Assembly (NCBI GenBank): GCA_030141605.1
Contig: JAQGDQ010000036.1
Location: 930,001-994,000, forward strand
Source of the DNA: Tubiluchus corallicola
Taxonomy: Eukaryota > Animalia > Priapulida
Reading direction: 5' to 3'
DNA length: 64,000 nt
The position numbers and the translations under genes are program-made. Under the pieces are notes generated by a model, which was not told the origin of the DNA, ran no database searches, and saw nothing but the letters and a program-made list of their open reading frames with translations. Position 1 is the stretch's first letter; each line of letters begins with the position of its first letter. Below are positions 25,101 through 36,688 of this stretch, in pieces.

Positions 25101-28100
25101 CAAGACTAGAAAGCTGCGACTTTTTAAGCCATTATTAATTATTGCCTGAAAGCTATTTTTACTTTACTGCAGTCTCTCCGAAAAAAAAAACTTTACATAC
25201 AAAGTTATATTACTTGGCATTACGCTTACCTGTTTGTAATTAACTGGAGACTCAAGTAATTGGAAAAGAAAATTCTTAATAATTTAAAATGAATAATATG
25301 GTCAATGGTAAAGTGGTACTGTATCGCCATCCCAGTGTGCACTACTGACTTACCAAAAAACACATTATTAATCTTGACAAATAAAGCAATTTATACTTTT
25401 TTTGCTTATTGAGGGTAGAGTGTACATGTTAGACCAAGAGGGAACAGCGACTAATGCTCATATTATTTTTAAAAACTTCACGCAGTATTATTTAAACTTG
25501 CTTCAAACGATTCACCGGTAAAATGGCCGCACCTAATGGTCACCGAGAAACTTTAAATTTACAAGTTTTATACAGTGTTACCAGTGGCAGCACGTAGCTA
25601 AAATTACATAAAATTACTGGGGGTGCTGCTTTAGAAAATTTTCAGTCATTGTGTTAATACTGTGTAAAACGAAACAAACATATATAATTTTAATGTTGTA
25701 GATACGTTTGAAAATCAGGTGTTGAATGGCTTCTTTTCTCAACTGCAACTTTCTCATGGAGAGACAACTGTGAAAAATTAAGCTGTTGTACTTCACGCAG
25801 AACTTATTTCTTGGGAATGCAAGGCGTTCATTATTAAATAATTTATATTTTGAGCACACATGCTTAATTTACTCTTTATCACATCTAAGAATATGATGAT
25901 ACATGGTAAGCACGTGGCAACTGTTACTGTGATAGAGACAGTACTTTTCTACCTAACAGCAGATGCTAGCATACAGCGTGTTATCTCAGACATGTGCGAA
26001 TGGCCGCATGCGCACAACAGCCAAACACTATGTTGCTTGGGCTGTAAAGCAAATTGTACTTCCCTCACATGTTCCAGTTCCACACAAGTATAAAAAAAGG
26101 CTAAACGAAAAAACTTATTATATTGAATTTTATCGATGATGATGCGTGAAAACAGGGGGTGCTGCAGTACCTATACACGAGCCCCACTGAGCGTTACTGC
26201 TAATGCAAACTCTGTACGCAAATAAGGCAGCAAATAGGGGACACAAAATTTCAGGACGAATTTTAAAAGCTTTATTTAGGAAGAGTGTTTTCTTGTGCTT
26301 TAAGTTTCTGCATTTAACGATGGAATTTTTACTTTTAGTTAAAGCACAAGAAAACCCTCCACTTACATAAAGCATAAAAAATTTGTCTTGAAATTTTATA
26401 TCACTTACATACTGCCTTTTTAGCATGCAGGGTTTGCGTCGGCAGTAATGCTGTATAAAAGTTGTAAATTTAAACTCCCGCGATGATCGTTAGGCGCAGC
26501 AATTTTTATGGTGGATCGTCTGATACAAGTTCAGATAACATTGTGTGAAGTTTGAAAAAATAATCAGAGCATAAAATTACCTAAATTCGTAGCACACATG
26601 TTACTAACTAAGTAAAATTTTAAATTACTGTGTCTTGTGAATAAGATTAAAAATATGTTTTTGCTTAGTAAGTGGCGAACCCTGGAGGGTGAGTCAGCGA
26701 CATTTTACCAATTGGCACGAACATTTTAAATTATTATTTCTAGTTACATAAGTCTTTCCAGCAGGTAAGCGAAATGCTAAGCAATACAGATTTGCATGGA
26801 AAGTTTTTTGGGACATAATTTAACATTGCCTTTTCTTCCCCTGATTTACGTTTGCGTAGGTGACGTCAAGTAATAGCGCCGTTGAAACAGTATTGCGGGG
26901 GACTTAAAATGAAAACAAACAAAAATTCCTTTTAACGGTACCCCTTTTCTTGTCCTTTAAAGCATATGTTACAAGCAATGAGTAAAATTTAAACATTTTA
27001 TAAAATTTCTAGCCATTTAATGCAACACGTGTAATTTTGGGAAAAGTGTGAAATGAGTCTTTTTGGTGTGACTTTTCCACACTACCTACAAGCTTTATAT
27101 AATAGTTAGAATTTATATAACATAATGTAGTGACTTTGGCAAAATGTAACATGAACATAATTCGTGTGAAATAACACTCTTCCTAGACATTTTATACATT
27201 ACCTAGGCACTGTATCACGGAATGCACAGAACGACTTAATCATTAGGGCTGTGGAGTCGAAGTCAGAGTTGCTAAAAATTAGAGTTTTGGAGTCGGGACT
27301 TAGGAGTACACTTACTGTTAGAGGAGTCAGTACGAATAGATAAACTGACTGGAGTTACTTTGAAATTTTAAAACAATTACACCTAATTGTTATTAGATAT
27401 GTTATTAGATTGTTATTAGATTGTATATTAGATCACGCTAAGTAAATGTCTCAGCAAAAGTGAACTGCCGATTGTTGATGCTTAGGTGGCCCACGCTAAG
27501 TAAATGTTTCAGCAAAAGTGAACTGCCGATTGTTGATGCTTAGGTGGCCGCTTCTTACCCTGAGCAATTACAACATGTTGTTAGATACTTGTTGTTATTA
27601 AAAATATTTACACTATGTTTCAATTTGTTTATATTTGCAAATATCTGTGAAAAATTACCAGACAAGTATCAATTTATAATTACATGTATTATCATAGTTG
27701 AGGAATTCAACTTTGTCATAATTACCTTTTCTGGGAAAAATATTTCAGTGACATATTAACACTATTAGTGCTTATTTAGGCCTAGTAATTTTTTACTCAT
27801 TGGGTCATTGGCCTGACAAATGTCTGACAAGCAGAACCATAACACACAGGCATAGCTATATCCATTGAGACTCAAATTCGGAGAGCTTTAGCATAAGGAC
27901 TAGCCTGACAATTCACTTGGTAGTGATGAAATGCCACTGTAGCTAAATATGAAGAGTACTACAAACTATTATTTAAAGGCAGGAGTCGGAGTTGGAGTTG
28001 GGACTCCTAAAATCTTAGGAGTTGGATCTTCAAAAATTTTAGGAGTCGGAGTCAACAGGCGGACAGATCCTCTAAAATTCTGGGAGTCGGAGTTGGGAGT

Positions 28101-30166
28101 TTAATGTACCGACTCCACAACCCTGTTAATTAGTATATTAAATTAAGGAAGCAGCCCAAATAAGATGGTGGTGAGTTCATTGTTTTATTAGCAACATCAC
28201 AATCTCTGACACGCTACTCAAATCAGGTGGACCACGTTCTACACCTGGAGGCTGGAAGGCCTGCTTTCCAACAATTATACTTCTGAAAAAGGGGTGGAGC
28301 ATCAAATAGGAACAGCTAATTTGGCCTTTGGAAACAAAGATCTAAATGAATTTTATGGTTTATCAAGCTGCCATCTGTTGAATCTTGCTCTACAAGGCTG
28401 CAAAACTAGAGTCTCAATTTATTGCAATTTATCTATCAAACAGCTCAACTTTTCCCAACAGCAAGACCTTTCCTTAAGCACTTACAACTAGCACATTACC
28501 AATGAGCATACGGACATGTAGACATTCACCATTCTCTAAGGCTTAAAGTAATACTGCCGCACATATAAAATGCCTAGGAAAATTGTGTCAAGAACAACTG
28601 AACATTTATTTTATTTTTACATTAACTGCAAAACTACATTCAATAAAGTGCGTAGAAAAAGTAAGCACATAAATTATCTAAGAATTTCATGCTTTGTCTA
28701 GACTAACTTTTGCATTAAATATAACACATAGGAAAAGTGTATAAGGTACTATTTTATGTAATTAGTACCTGGTTTGCTTGGACACTTAATAAAATGCCCA
28801 GGCATAGTACAGTGTACTCCTTTCACACTTTGCCTGTAACATATCTAAAATAATATCTTATACACTTTTCCTAGAAGCATTATACAATGCAAAAGTTTGT
28901 CTAGTCAAAATACGTAATTCTTAGGTAATTGATGTACTTTTCCTAGCATTTAACAGAAATGACGAAGAAATTTTAGTTAATGTAAAAATAAAACAAATGG
29001 TCAATTAATCTGATATTATTTTTCTTTTTGAATTTAATGTCAGTTTTATCTGATGGGTGTGTGAATTTGAATGCCTCAACGTCCTTGCAAATTTACGTGG
29101 TAAATACGTTCTTTTCTCTTGTTTTGAGAAAGTTCCAGTGTCGTTCCTCTTCAGTGGTGATATTGATCACTCAGGAGGCCAATTCTTGCATGAGACACAC
29201 AGTGGCACAGATGGCATTTGTGACTTTTTGAGGGGTGCAGCTGAGCCTGTCGAATGTCGAATGTCAATGTTGCCGTCATTTCTTTTTTCATCTTAGAATT
29301 GCTGGGATCTACTGTAGATGATCCCATGCCTGCTGGATTGTTGCTGGGCTTCTTTATCAGATGTTTTGATTTAGATGTCTGTTTATTTGAAAGTGGTTTT
29401 TAATTAGTCTTTGTAGTGGTACGTACAAAAAACTATATAGTATATGATAATTTAGTAACATTAAACAGAAAACTAAAAAACAAAGTGTGAAAAATGTGCT
29501 CTGAAAAAACTTAGAAATGTGATAGCTAGCAAACCTTTAATCGATATACAAAATATTTCGCGATTGAGCTTTAAACATTCGCAAAGCTTCAAAAAATTGT
29601 TTTCCTTACTGCTCGGAAATTTGGGATTCTGATCATCGGAACAATATCCACTTCTATTATTTTATTGTTAGTCACTTACTTTGTACCGAATGCTTGGTAT
29701 TACAATAAACATTTAAAAATTTTAAACAAATGTTATCACAACATTTAATTTTGATTATCATCAACACATCACTAAGATAACTGTTGCATCTAGATTAAGC
29801 CAATTTTTTCATTAATGTGTGTTCAATGATGTACATAGTCACGGGAATTGCAACTAAATAACGTTCAGAAAACTCACATAAGTCTAAAGTATTCTACTAC
29901 TACTAATAATGCATTGTTTCCAAGTTTTCAGCTTTGACCACACCCGCGAACATGAATACATGTGAAAATTCTTACCGTTCATATATAACTCGCGTTACTA
30001 TTATGAAAATAGCTACAGGCAAAGGTGTTAGAAGATCACTGAATTCTACATATCTAGTTTCATTTGTGCTTTTAATATCTTCCCATGTCACGTTATGCGG
30101 AAGCCAAAATTTCGGATTCCAAAACCAATTATTTGCATCCCGTATACTATCAAGCACAACAGCCAT
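12995..30166 (-). CDS. CERS: Ceramide synthase (homeodomain plus TLC/Lag1), exons 30166-29976, 23951-23718, 22022-21965, 21680-21537, 21148-21020, 18816-18710, [17659-17497 or 16277-16121], 13147-12995; 392 or 390 aa
   Basis: N-terminal WFWNPKFWLPHNVTWED, homeodomain-like [26 protein letters not shown]...YYMIEMGFY, Lag1 motif RKDFWQMFVHH...VGTLVLVIHDAVD, and an acidic tail KDDRSSSDEE. All junctions are GT-AG with consistent phases. Confidence 0.95.
15789..15819 (-). promoter_or_regulatory. Putative intronic RNA docking site for CerS exon 7a/7b choice
   Basis: Pre-mRNA 5'-UGUGGUGUUGGCAGUACUGUGGUGGUGUGAU-3' is complementary to elements just downstream of both 7a (17445-17470) and 7b (16071-16095). 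Confidence 0.65.
16071..16095 (-). promoter_or_regulatory. Putative selector element B (starts at intron +26 after exon 7b)
   Basis: 5'-AUCACACCUUACUGUCAGUACCACA-3' forms 8 + 16 bp with the docking site (3 G-U pairs, no mismatches within the helices). Confidence 0.65.
16121..16277 (-). CDS. CERS: CerS exon 7b (mutually exclusive variant)
   Basis: ccctacag|G ATA...CAG|gtatgt; 157 nt, phase 2 to 0; translates (R)ILRTVMFEAHVIIGEFKSRMLFLALLFLLQILHLVWFYMICKIAYVATVAGQ. Confidence 0.9.
17445..17470 (-). promoter_or_regulatory. Putative selector element A (starts at intron +27 after exon 7a)
   Basis: 5'-AUCAUGUACCGUGCCGCCAACCACCG-3' pairs across the same docking site with one mismatch, small bulges and several G-U pairs. 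Confidence 0.55.
17497..17659 (-). CDS. CERS: CerS exon 7a (mutually exclusive variant)
   Basis: ttctgtag|G GTT...AAG|gtaggc; 163 nt, phase 2 to 0; translates (R)VLYFALTVAHVLLNMSVFSAYIVYNALLVVLQILHIIWFVMIMAIAVKAVRFGK. Confidence 0.9.
18710..18816 (-). CDS. CERS: CerS exon 6
   Basis: Translates AAKMAKYCRLDKLCDLMFIIFTVVWFITRLVIFPV(R); AG|gtaaaa, phase 2. Confidence 0.93.
19590..19965 (-). mobile_element. Decayed hAT-type transposase N-terminus (BED zinc-finger relic) in CerS intron 5
   Basis: Broken frames read KSGAKICIWNYF, TPICRQYQKEV and SSIKNLFQHFSYKHP, matching the BED finger pattern (W-x-YF...C-xx-C...NL-xx-H-xxxx-HP) with frameshifts and stops. Confidence 0.5.
21020..21148 (-). CDS. 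CERS: CerS exon 5 (catalytic HH of the Lag1 motif)
   Basis: Translates DFWQMFVHHICTLLLLGFSWSGNMIRVGTLVLVIHDAVDYWME; |gtcagt. Confidence 0.95.
21537..21680 (-). CDS. CERS: CerS exon 4
   Basis: Translates [48 protein letters not shown]; |gtgagt. Confidence 0.95.
21965..22022 (-). CDS. CERS: CerS exon 3
   Basis: tttgcag|; translates (F)WKFSYYLSAFIYGLAILWD; |gtaagt. Confidence 0.92.
22650..22864. repeat. 71-bp tandem repeat, 3 copies
   Basis: ttcttccagcatggtatatgcacggtatgc... starts at 22650, 22721 and 22792. Confidence 0.95.
23718..23951 (-). CDS. CERS: CerS exon 2 (homeodomain-like)
   Basis: ttcag|T ACT ATA...; translates TIATWVGQLFDLKD...[35 protein letters not shown]; |gtgagt. Confidence 0.93.
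25582..26189. mobile_element. Non-autonomous hAT-like element (MITE)
   Basis: TIRs cagtggcagcacgt / acgagccccactg; 8-bp TSD agtgttac / agcgttac; second copy at 58723-59271. Confidence 0.8.
26343..26956. mobile_element. TTAA-flanked MITE (Kolobok-like)
   Basis: ttaa|agcacaagaaaa ... ttttcttgtcct|ttaa. The interior (aagttcagataacattgtg...gagtcagcgacattttacc) is shared with 54774-55197. Related termini occur near 26265-26303 and 57030-57085. Confidence 0.65.
27244..28125. mobile_element. Non-autonomous hAT element with GGAGTC subterminal repeats
   Basis: TIRs tagggctgtggagtcg / cgactccacaaccctg; degenerate 8-bp TSD ttaatcat / ttaattag; internal 58-bp duplication at about 27434-27549. Confidence 0.75.
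28590..29010. repeat. Long imperfect inverted repeat (foldback/MITE) in CerS intron 1
   Basis: Nested arm matches: ttttatttttacattaact/agttaatgtaaaaataaaa, aattatctaagaatt/aattcttaggtaatt, ctagactaacttttgcatt/aatgcaaaagtttgtctag, taggaaaagtgtataag/cttatacacttttccta. Confidence 0.85.
29976..30166 (-). CDS. CERS: CerS exon 1
   Basis: MAVVLDSIRDANNWFWNPKFWLPHNVTWEDIK...YE(R); GAACG|gtaaga, phase 2. Confidence 0.93.
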
Positions 30167-30479
30167 TTTCCTTGTAATTGTCTAGTCAATCATTGGTCCG
30201 AGAGATCGTGTCACGCACGCCGTTGCTGAAAACTGCAACGGTGATTGCGCCATCTATTCGCAACGATGTACAATTTTTAGTTTAAAAGAAGCCCATATTT
30301 CCTCGTGTTATAAAGAACCAATCAACACAAAAATCAACACATAATTTATGTACATACATAGATATGCATTTCTTCCTCTGGCTGATGACACTGAGGTGCC
30401 TTTTTGCAAATCATTGTTCAGTTAATATTAAATTTTTTGGCACACATCTGAGGATTCCTCATTGTTGATGGGTCTTCGA

Positions 30480-31530
30480 TAGCTGGCAATGCCAAAAAGT
30501 GGAGGTTTTCGTAATCATACAACAAAGAAGAATTTCACCAAGACCGACCTTAAAGAGCTTACTGTTAGAGGCACATGAGTTCAGCAACTATTCTTGTGGC
30601 TCTTTCTATGAATTTGCACCAAGACCAATTGTGCATGCATTTCTTGTAGGTGACTTGGTGATTACACTGCTTGGCAGTACCCTAAATTGTCTTACTATAG
30701 CTGTGCAAAGCAGAAGCAGTAAGTTCTTATCTAAGTATGAAAAGGAACTTCTGATAAGTTTTGTATTGCCATTTGCTGTTACATTACATTACTTTGAAAA
30801 TTTCAGCTAATTGTCAACCTCCATCACTTTAAGAGAATCTATGTTAAGGTGACCAAATTTCTATCTTGCTTTACGTGAGTATCAAAGTCAGAATGTTCTC
30901 TTCCTGTATGAAGTATAGATCTCACATTTCAGGGGGAAAAACGTATACGTAGTTGCCGTTCATCTGACCACAAACTTGTAAACTATATCGATATCAGACT
31001 GCAAGTTTATCGGGGACTGATTAATTTGACCTCTATAAAGATCTTTGAATTGTCTGGAAAAAGTTTCATGGATTGAAAATGTATCACTTTTGGTAGATAA
31101 TTTATAAAAAGCAAAAATAAAATTGGCGGACCCAACACATTGCCTATTGATCAGTGGTACTCAACCAAGCAAATTCCTTATTGGACCCATTTATCGCACT
31201 AATTGCTTCTCCCCCCCCCCAAAAAAACGCACTGACCCTTTTAGTAATAAATTTAATAACGCCACAGCCAAAAATCTTTTGTCAAGAGGCGCCTGTCTGG
31301 GATTGTATCAAAATCTTTCATGAAATATTGAAGCATCATCACAATTATGTCTATCACCATTTCTTGAAAATTGAGATACAATACCAATTTTCCAGTTGTC
31401 TGGAAGTTCGCTGTTTGAATAAAAATTATGTAACACAAGGGTTGTATTACTGATAGTCTGTAGTTTCAAAACTAGTAAGTATATACATCGTCAGGGGACT
31501 TGTTAGCAATGCTTTCTTAACATCGGATAT
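30480..31530 (-). mobile_element. Old CR1-like LINE reverse transcriptase relic
   Basis: Broken frames read LPDNWKIGIV, DFDTIPDRRLLTK (compare KAFD.VPH.RLL.K), GNVLGP, LFLLFINYLP, MKLFPDNSKIF (compare KLFADD) and IRSSFSYLDK, in the expected order. Confidence 0.7.
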
Positions 31531-32349
31531 ATGAAATGTAATATCTTCTAAAAAGTGCCGGTCATGTGGTTCAAAAATAGCAATTATACTTTTACCGAGC
31601 TTTAATTATTTTCGGGCTTATTTGGTTATAATTGCACTTCATGCCACCGTTATTAACACCTTTGATGCCAGCGTCGTTGGGAGATCGAATAGTACACACA
31701 TGTCACATATTCTATAATAGTGTTTGTAAACTCCATTACTTAATTTTATTGTAACAAAAAGATTAATTTTTATGCTTATTGTTTGATATTTTTGTACATA
31801 CAAAAATTGCAATACAAGTAAATCTTTGGAACAATGTTCAAAGATGTGTAAATATTCAATTCTTGCTTTTACGTAAAATATTTTGTTAGCCAATAAAAAC
31901 TTTCAAGAAGGGATCATTTCAATTTGCTTCTCTCGTTATGCTGACATTAAATTTTACACGTCAACTTTTCTTATACATTTCGTTCAGAAGTATATCTACA
32001 TAGGCTACATGTGCATTTCTCAGTGATCATATGCAACAAATGCTAATGAATGTGCTGATATTTTCAGCCGCATTTATTTGGCAATACTTGAGATTTAATG
32101 TGCGACATTTTTGCCAAAGGGTCATTGTAGACTATCACTCAGAAGTTATCACTCAGTAATTATTGTCAACCTATCTAATAACGAAGAGACGAGTGCAATG
32201 TTGTCAGATGTAGATAGAAAAAGGTATATAGCATAGTGAAGAAGTATAGAAAAAAATCAGTGGACTAAAGAAACAAAGTCAATAGGCAGAATAAGGAAAG
32301 CTTAAATGATAAACACAGAGAGAATAGACATACCTTCTTAGTAGTAACA

Positions 32350-32925
32350 CTGAATAGTGATGACTTACCATTTTGCAAAGTTCAAATTGGATACAAATGG
32401 ACACCAGCTTTAGTTGATTCTGGCGCTGCTACTAACGTAATAGAAATGGCATTTTGCCGCAAATTCCCTGACTTCTTGAAAAAGAGCCACAGCCGCCTTG
32501 TCCACATTTAAGTTTGAATATTGCAGTTCAAAGTAAAGTGAAATTTTTAGGTAAAATTACGTTACCCGTAATGATAGGATCAAATACATTTCACTTATTG
32601 TCTCATATCGCAGAGCAAACTGATAAACTTACAGATAATTATCTGTAAATATGTAAATTTCGTAAATAGCCTCTGAGTTTCATAGTTATGTTAATTTCCA
32701 GTAATTTTGTAATTATTATGGTTCAGTTTTCGTAATATTAGTTGTAGATGACGCCATTTGCTAATATTCAGTCAACCGCCTCCAGTACCGCATTTCTTAT
32801 ATGCAATGCACTTTTTTGTGTACGTAAGTTTTTAATTGGCAAATAAATATAAATCTATTTATCTATCAAACCAGTTATTTTGGGAAATTCATGTTTTCAT
32901 AAATCTGGTGCAGTTTGGGGATAGC
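32350..32925 (+). mobile_element. Ty3/Gypsy aspartic protease relic interrupted by an insertion
   Basis: Reads LPFCKVQIGYKWTPALVDSGAATNVI, then KVKFLGKITLPVMIG...HIAEQTD, and resumes after the insertion as KPVILGNSCFHK. The DSG and ILG retropepsin motifs are both present. Confidence 0.75.
32629..32867 (+). mobile_element. Short retroposed insertion (probable 5'-truncated LINE/SINE 3' end)
   Basis: Flanked by an aaac direct repeat (32625-32628, 32868-32871); ends in aataaa followed by a (tcta)-like tail; removing it restores the protease frame. Confidence 0.6.
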
Positions 32926-33238
32926 TAATTATGCTTTATTAATTGACTCAGATATAATTAGATTGCCATCTACATGGATAAATGTAATCATGATCCAACA
33001 TACTTGGTTAAATTGAGGAGAAAATCATTTTATCCACTACATATTATATTTTTACTGTTAACCTGAAAATAAAATTACATTATTATTCGTAAAACCAAGT
33101 TCAAATGATTAGATGACAAGGACACAAAATTAAGATAAAGGCGCCAAAATTCAATCAAATCGAAGTAGTAGTCGAAGTGATAAATGATATTTAAATTGTG
33201 TAATAAACTAAAGAACATAGCGCAGCAGAGCATACTAA

Positions 33239-33242
<4 letters not shown>

Positions 33243-33310
<68 letters not shown>

Positions 33311-33347
33311 ATATATATATCGGAATATATATATATATATATATATA
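33243..33347. repeat. (CT)n(TA)n microsatellite
   Basis: Read directly from the sequence. Confidence 0.97.
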
Positions 33348-33386
33348 TTCACGCCTGCTTTTCTGTAGTAGTAGGCACATTGCTTT

Positions 33387-34802
33387 TCATGCAACAGCTG
33401 TGACAATAATAAAAGGAATGTCCTCATTTACTGCTGTTTCAATTTCTGGATGTTTCTCCGGCTTAGCATCAATACGAGGGACAGCAAGAAACTGGTGTCT
33501 GGCACTTAGCAAGCGTTGAACCTCGAGTTTCACTACAACTTCATGTGATATACTGTCCTGTTTAATGTCTGATAGTGTTATAAAGCTGTCAGGTTTTTCA
33601 CCAGGATAGCTCATCGGTTTGTCTTGGTCCAAACTGTGTTTGGCAAAAGCTGCCGGGTCTTGCTTTTCCAAACTTCCATTTGCCTCTGCTTCATATATGT
33701 AACAGTAAGGTAGATTCGTCCCCGTTAGTTTGTTTTGCGTGGCGCGCAAGTAGCGACATTGTTGCAGCTCAGAAAGTTCTTTTAAGAATACTTCGTCTGG
33801 AACGTGTTTACCGTTGAGCATTGATTGACCACAGTCATTTATTTTCTCTTGGTTTGTCGTTGCTTGATCTTTGCCTGTAAACACAGCAAAAATTAATCTT
33901 TCACTGCTCAGTCTTACAATCGTGAAATGATGTATATACAAACAAGAAGAGCGAGTTCGCATGCCATGGCTTACAGCTATAGTTTTTTACAAGAAAAAAA
34001 ATTAATATTCTAATAAGAAACTTTTTAAAACACTCTTCTCTCGGAACATTAAAATACCAAAAAAATTGTATTTTATAAAATGATTACCACTGAAAACCTA
34101 TAGGCTGCAATCAGTTTCCAATGCAGTGTTCATACCTCGTTTATGCTGTTCTTTCGTACTGCTTGGCGCTTCATTTGGCATTCTTGGAAGAATTTGTGAA
34201 ACAGGCAGATTGCCTTTCCTCAATAGTTCTTCTACATGACCTTGTCTTCGTCCCTGTTTCTTTGCCTTTTTAACTGTGTAATCGAGGTAACGTTTGATCA
34301 CGCCATCAGTTGTAAATTCAGAACTTAGGCATCCAGCCCAAGCTAATCGACCTCCAACATTTTCTTTTGTGTGGAACAAATGGAGTGGCTCCATGTGCAT
34401 CTGCTCAAAGATATAACCTTGTCTGCTCGGTCTTCTAATAGATACTTCTGTGGTACCGAAATTAATCTGACTCACTTTTGCTTCGTCGTAATTTCGATTT
34501 TCCGTGTCAGACTGACGTTCTGCCTTGGTTTTCCCATAGGACCGCACATCGTGAGAAGCTATGGCAGGCTGCTTTGTTGTCCCCTGTAGGTCTTCGTAAC
34601 TCTTTAGTCTTTCTTCCCAGCGAGTAGCTTCCTTTTGTAACCTTGCAAGTACGCGCGCATGATTGTACTCCAAACGTTCTAGTTTTTTCTCGTGCTTTAC
34701 AATTTCTTGGTTGCCTTTTCTCAGTGCTTTCGTGCTGTTTCTCAATGTCCACTCATGTATCATTCGGAGTCGTTGTGCTGGATCCATATCTTTCGGAGGC
34801 AT
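33387..34802 (-). CDS. Uncharacterised coiled-coil protein, 2 coding exons (34802-34136, 33874-33387), about 384 aa
   Basis: Two long ORFs in AT-rich DNA are joined in frame by CGAG|gtatga ... tgtttacag|GC (phase 1). First ATG is at 34802 (the ORF track starts at a GTG). N-terminal charged helix HEKKLERLEYNHARVLARLQKEATRWEERLK. No family recognised. Confidence 0.65.
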
Positions 34803-35792
34803 ATTCACAATCCTAATTCCGCAAAATATTAAAAAGATAAAATTTCTAAAGTGCTATCGTTCGTTTAAAAATTTATGTAATTCCTTGCCGTCTTGCAAGG
34901 CAAATGTTCGACCACGTATAACCTGCACTTGTTTCGAAGCTATGCGGCTGCTTGCCCGAATGCGCGTAGGTCTATAACACATTAATTTTTAAAAGATTTT
35001 CATTTTCCGTAATTAAATTGCAGGAAATAGATCGATCGGGAACTCAGTTGCCATTAATGAAATCTGTTCTTGGTTAGAAGAAGCCATGGAGCGCCTATTC
35101 TACTGACGGGTTGGGGATGCAGTTTGCAGAGCTACATAGATTTATACATCGGTTTAGTGCTCAGTTTATTTGCTTGTAGCTTGCCACGCGTGCTGGCAGT
35201 TATATTAGGCTTTTAGGTATAATTTCGGACTTTTTCATTCAACATTGCCTGGTCGTTTGCGTTATTACTTAGTAAATCAGCTTACAGACTTATCCATTAA
35301 ACAAAATTCGTTTTCACCCGCAAACTCCCCAAATCCGTAAGTAGGATTTCCTGTTATCATGTATAGGCCTATTTTGTATAATTCTGGGTTCTGTAAAACG
35401 TGCATTTACGGTTTATACAAACATTGCATATTAGGAAAGTGAAACTATCTGAAAAACGTGACATGCAATAAAAAATCGGATGTCGAAAGACATAATAATA
35501 TACATCACCGAGTGGAATGCCTGCATAATTTTTGAAAAACACTGATACTGTACTCTCATCATACAACACTCTGTCTTTATAAATCGACAATCCGACCTTG
35601 TATGGAGTACCCTAACGGCAATCAAATTTGGGCAGGTCCTTCTGCCTGGCAGTCTCAAAATTTAATTGGCTCACTAGTCAGGTAGGGTTTTGAGTAGATT
35701 CTACAAGTTTTTTGCTGCTACGTTAAGCTTCTTTTGTCAGTATTTTTATGGAAGGAACTTCCATGTTCACTGTTCATTGGTTCCTATAGGTT

Positions 35793-36215
35793 GAGCGTTT
35801 GTCAAAGTTTCACTCTGGACATTCTGGAGTCAGGCAGGGTAGACGCTAATTAAACAAATTTTTTTTTGGTTCCTAAAAATCGAACGTTTGTCAAAGTTTT
35901 ACTCTGAACATTCTGGAGTCAGGCAGGGTAGACGCTAATTCAACAAATTTTTCTTGGTTCCTAAAAATCGAGCATTTGTCAGAGTTTTACTCTGAACATT
36001 CTGGAGTCAGGCAGGGTAGACGCTAATTCAACAAATTTTTCTTGGTTCCTAAAAATCGAGCGTTTGTCAAAGTTTTACTTTGGACATTCTGGAGTTAGGC
36101 AGGGTAGACGCTTATTAAACAAAATTTTCTTGGTTCCTAAAAATCGAGCGGTTGTCAACGTTTCATTCTGGACAATTTGTGGTTAGGCAGGACAGACGCT
36201 TATTAAACAAATTTA
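35793..36215. repeat. 88-bp tandem repeat, about 5 copies
   Basis: gagcgtttgtcaaagtttt...gagtcaggcagggtagacgct...ggttcctaaaaatc units start at 35793, 35882, 35970, 36058 and 36146. Confidence 0.93.
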
Positions 36216-36688
36216 CTTTATTTGTGAATTTTCTACTGAAAAGTGCTTCTCTGTGTAAGTTCATTTGTTCAAAGAATGACTTGGGTTAGCAGACACTTTC
36301 TTTAACAAATTAATTTATTAGTTGTCAATTCTACTATTCTGGGTAGGATTTCGTAGTCCTTTATCTTTAGCCATTTATTTCAAGTGTCAACTGGCCTTGT
36401 TTGACCTGTATTAAAAACGCCAAAGCACCGGATAATTGTTAGGAGGCCCGTGTAACTAGCATGTAGGTTCATTACGTGCACCTGGATGCCGATTGACCGA
36501 GTTCTTCAAAATTCAAGTTAAAAACAGGCCCATTGTAAGTAGGCCTATTCTTCTGATAATAAAAAACAAGTTGTCAAGAGACGAAAAATCAGGAAAAGCA
36601 TACAGATATAATTACGTTTTTTTACAGTTTAGTCAATTAATCATTCGAGAATTAATAAAAGCACCTAGGGCTTGTTGTAAGACGGTTT

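Noticed and set aside
29130-29408. Possible extra CerS exon after exon 1 (acaaag|ACTAATT..., GC-richer patch)
   Set aside because: In the required phase it stops after about 16 codons, the acceptor has a poor pyrimidine tract, and there is no real CerS similarity.
34082-34100. Stop-codon readthrough: the TAG at 34100-34098 is followed in frame by a phase-1 donor (AGTG|gtaatc) that would join the next ORF
   Set aside because: A stronger phase-1 donor (CGAG|gtatga at 34136/34135) lies upstream of the stop and joins the same acceptor with no readthrough needed.
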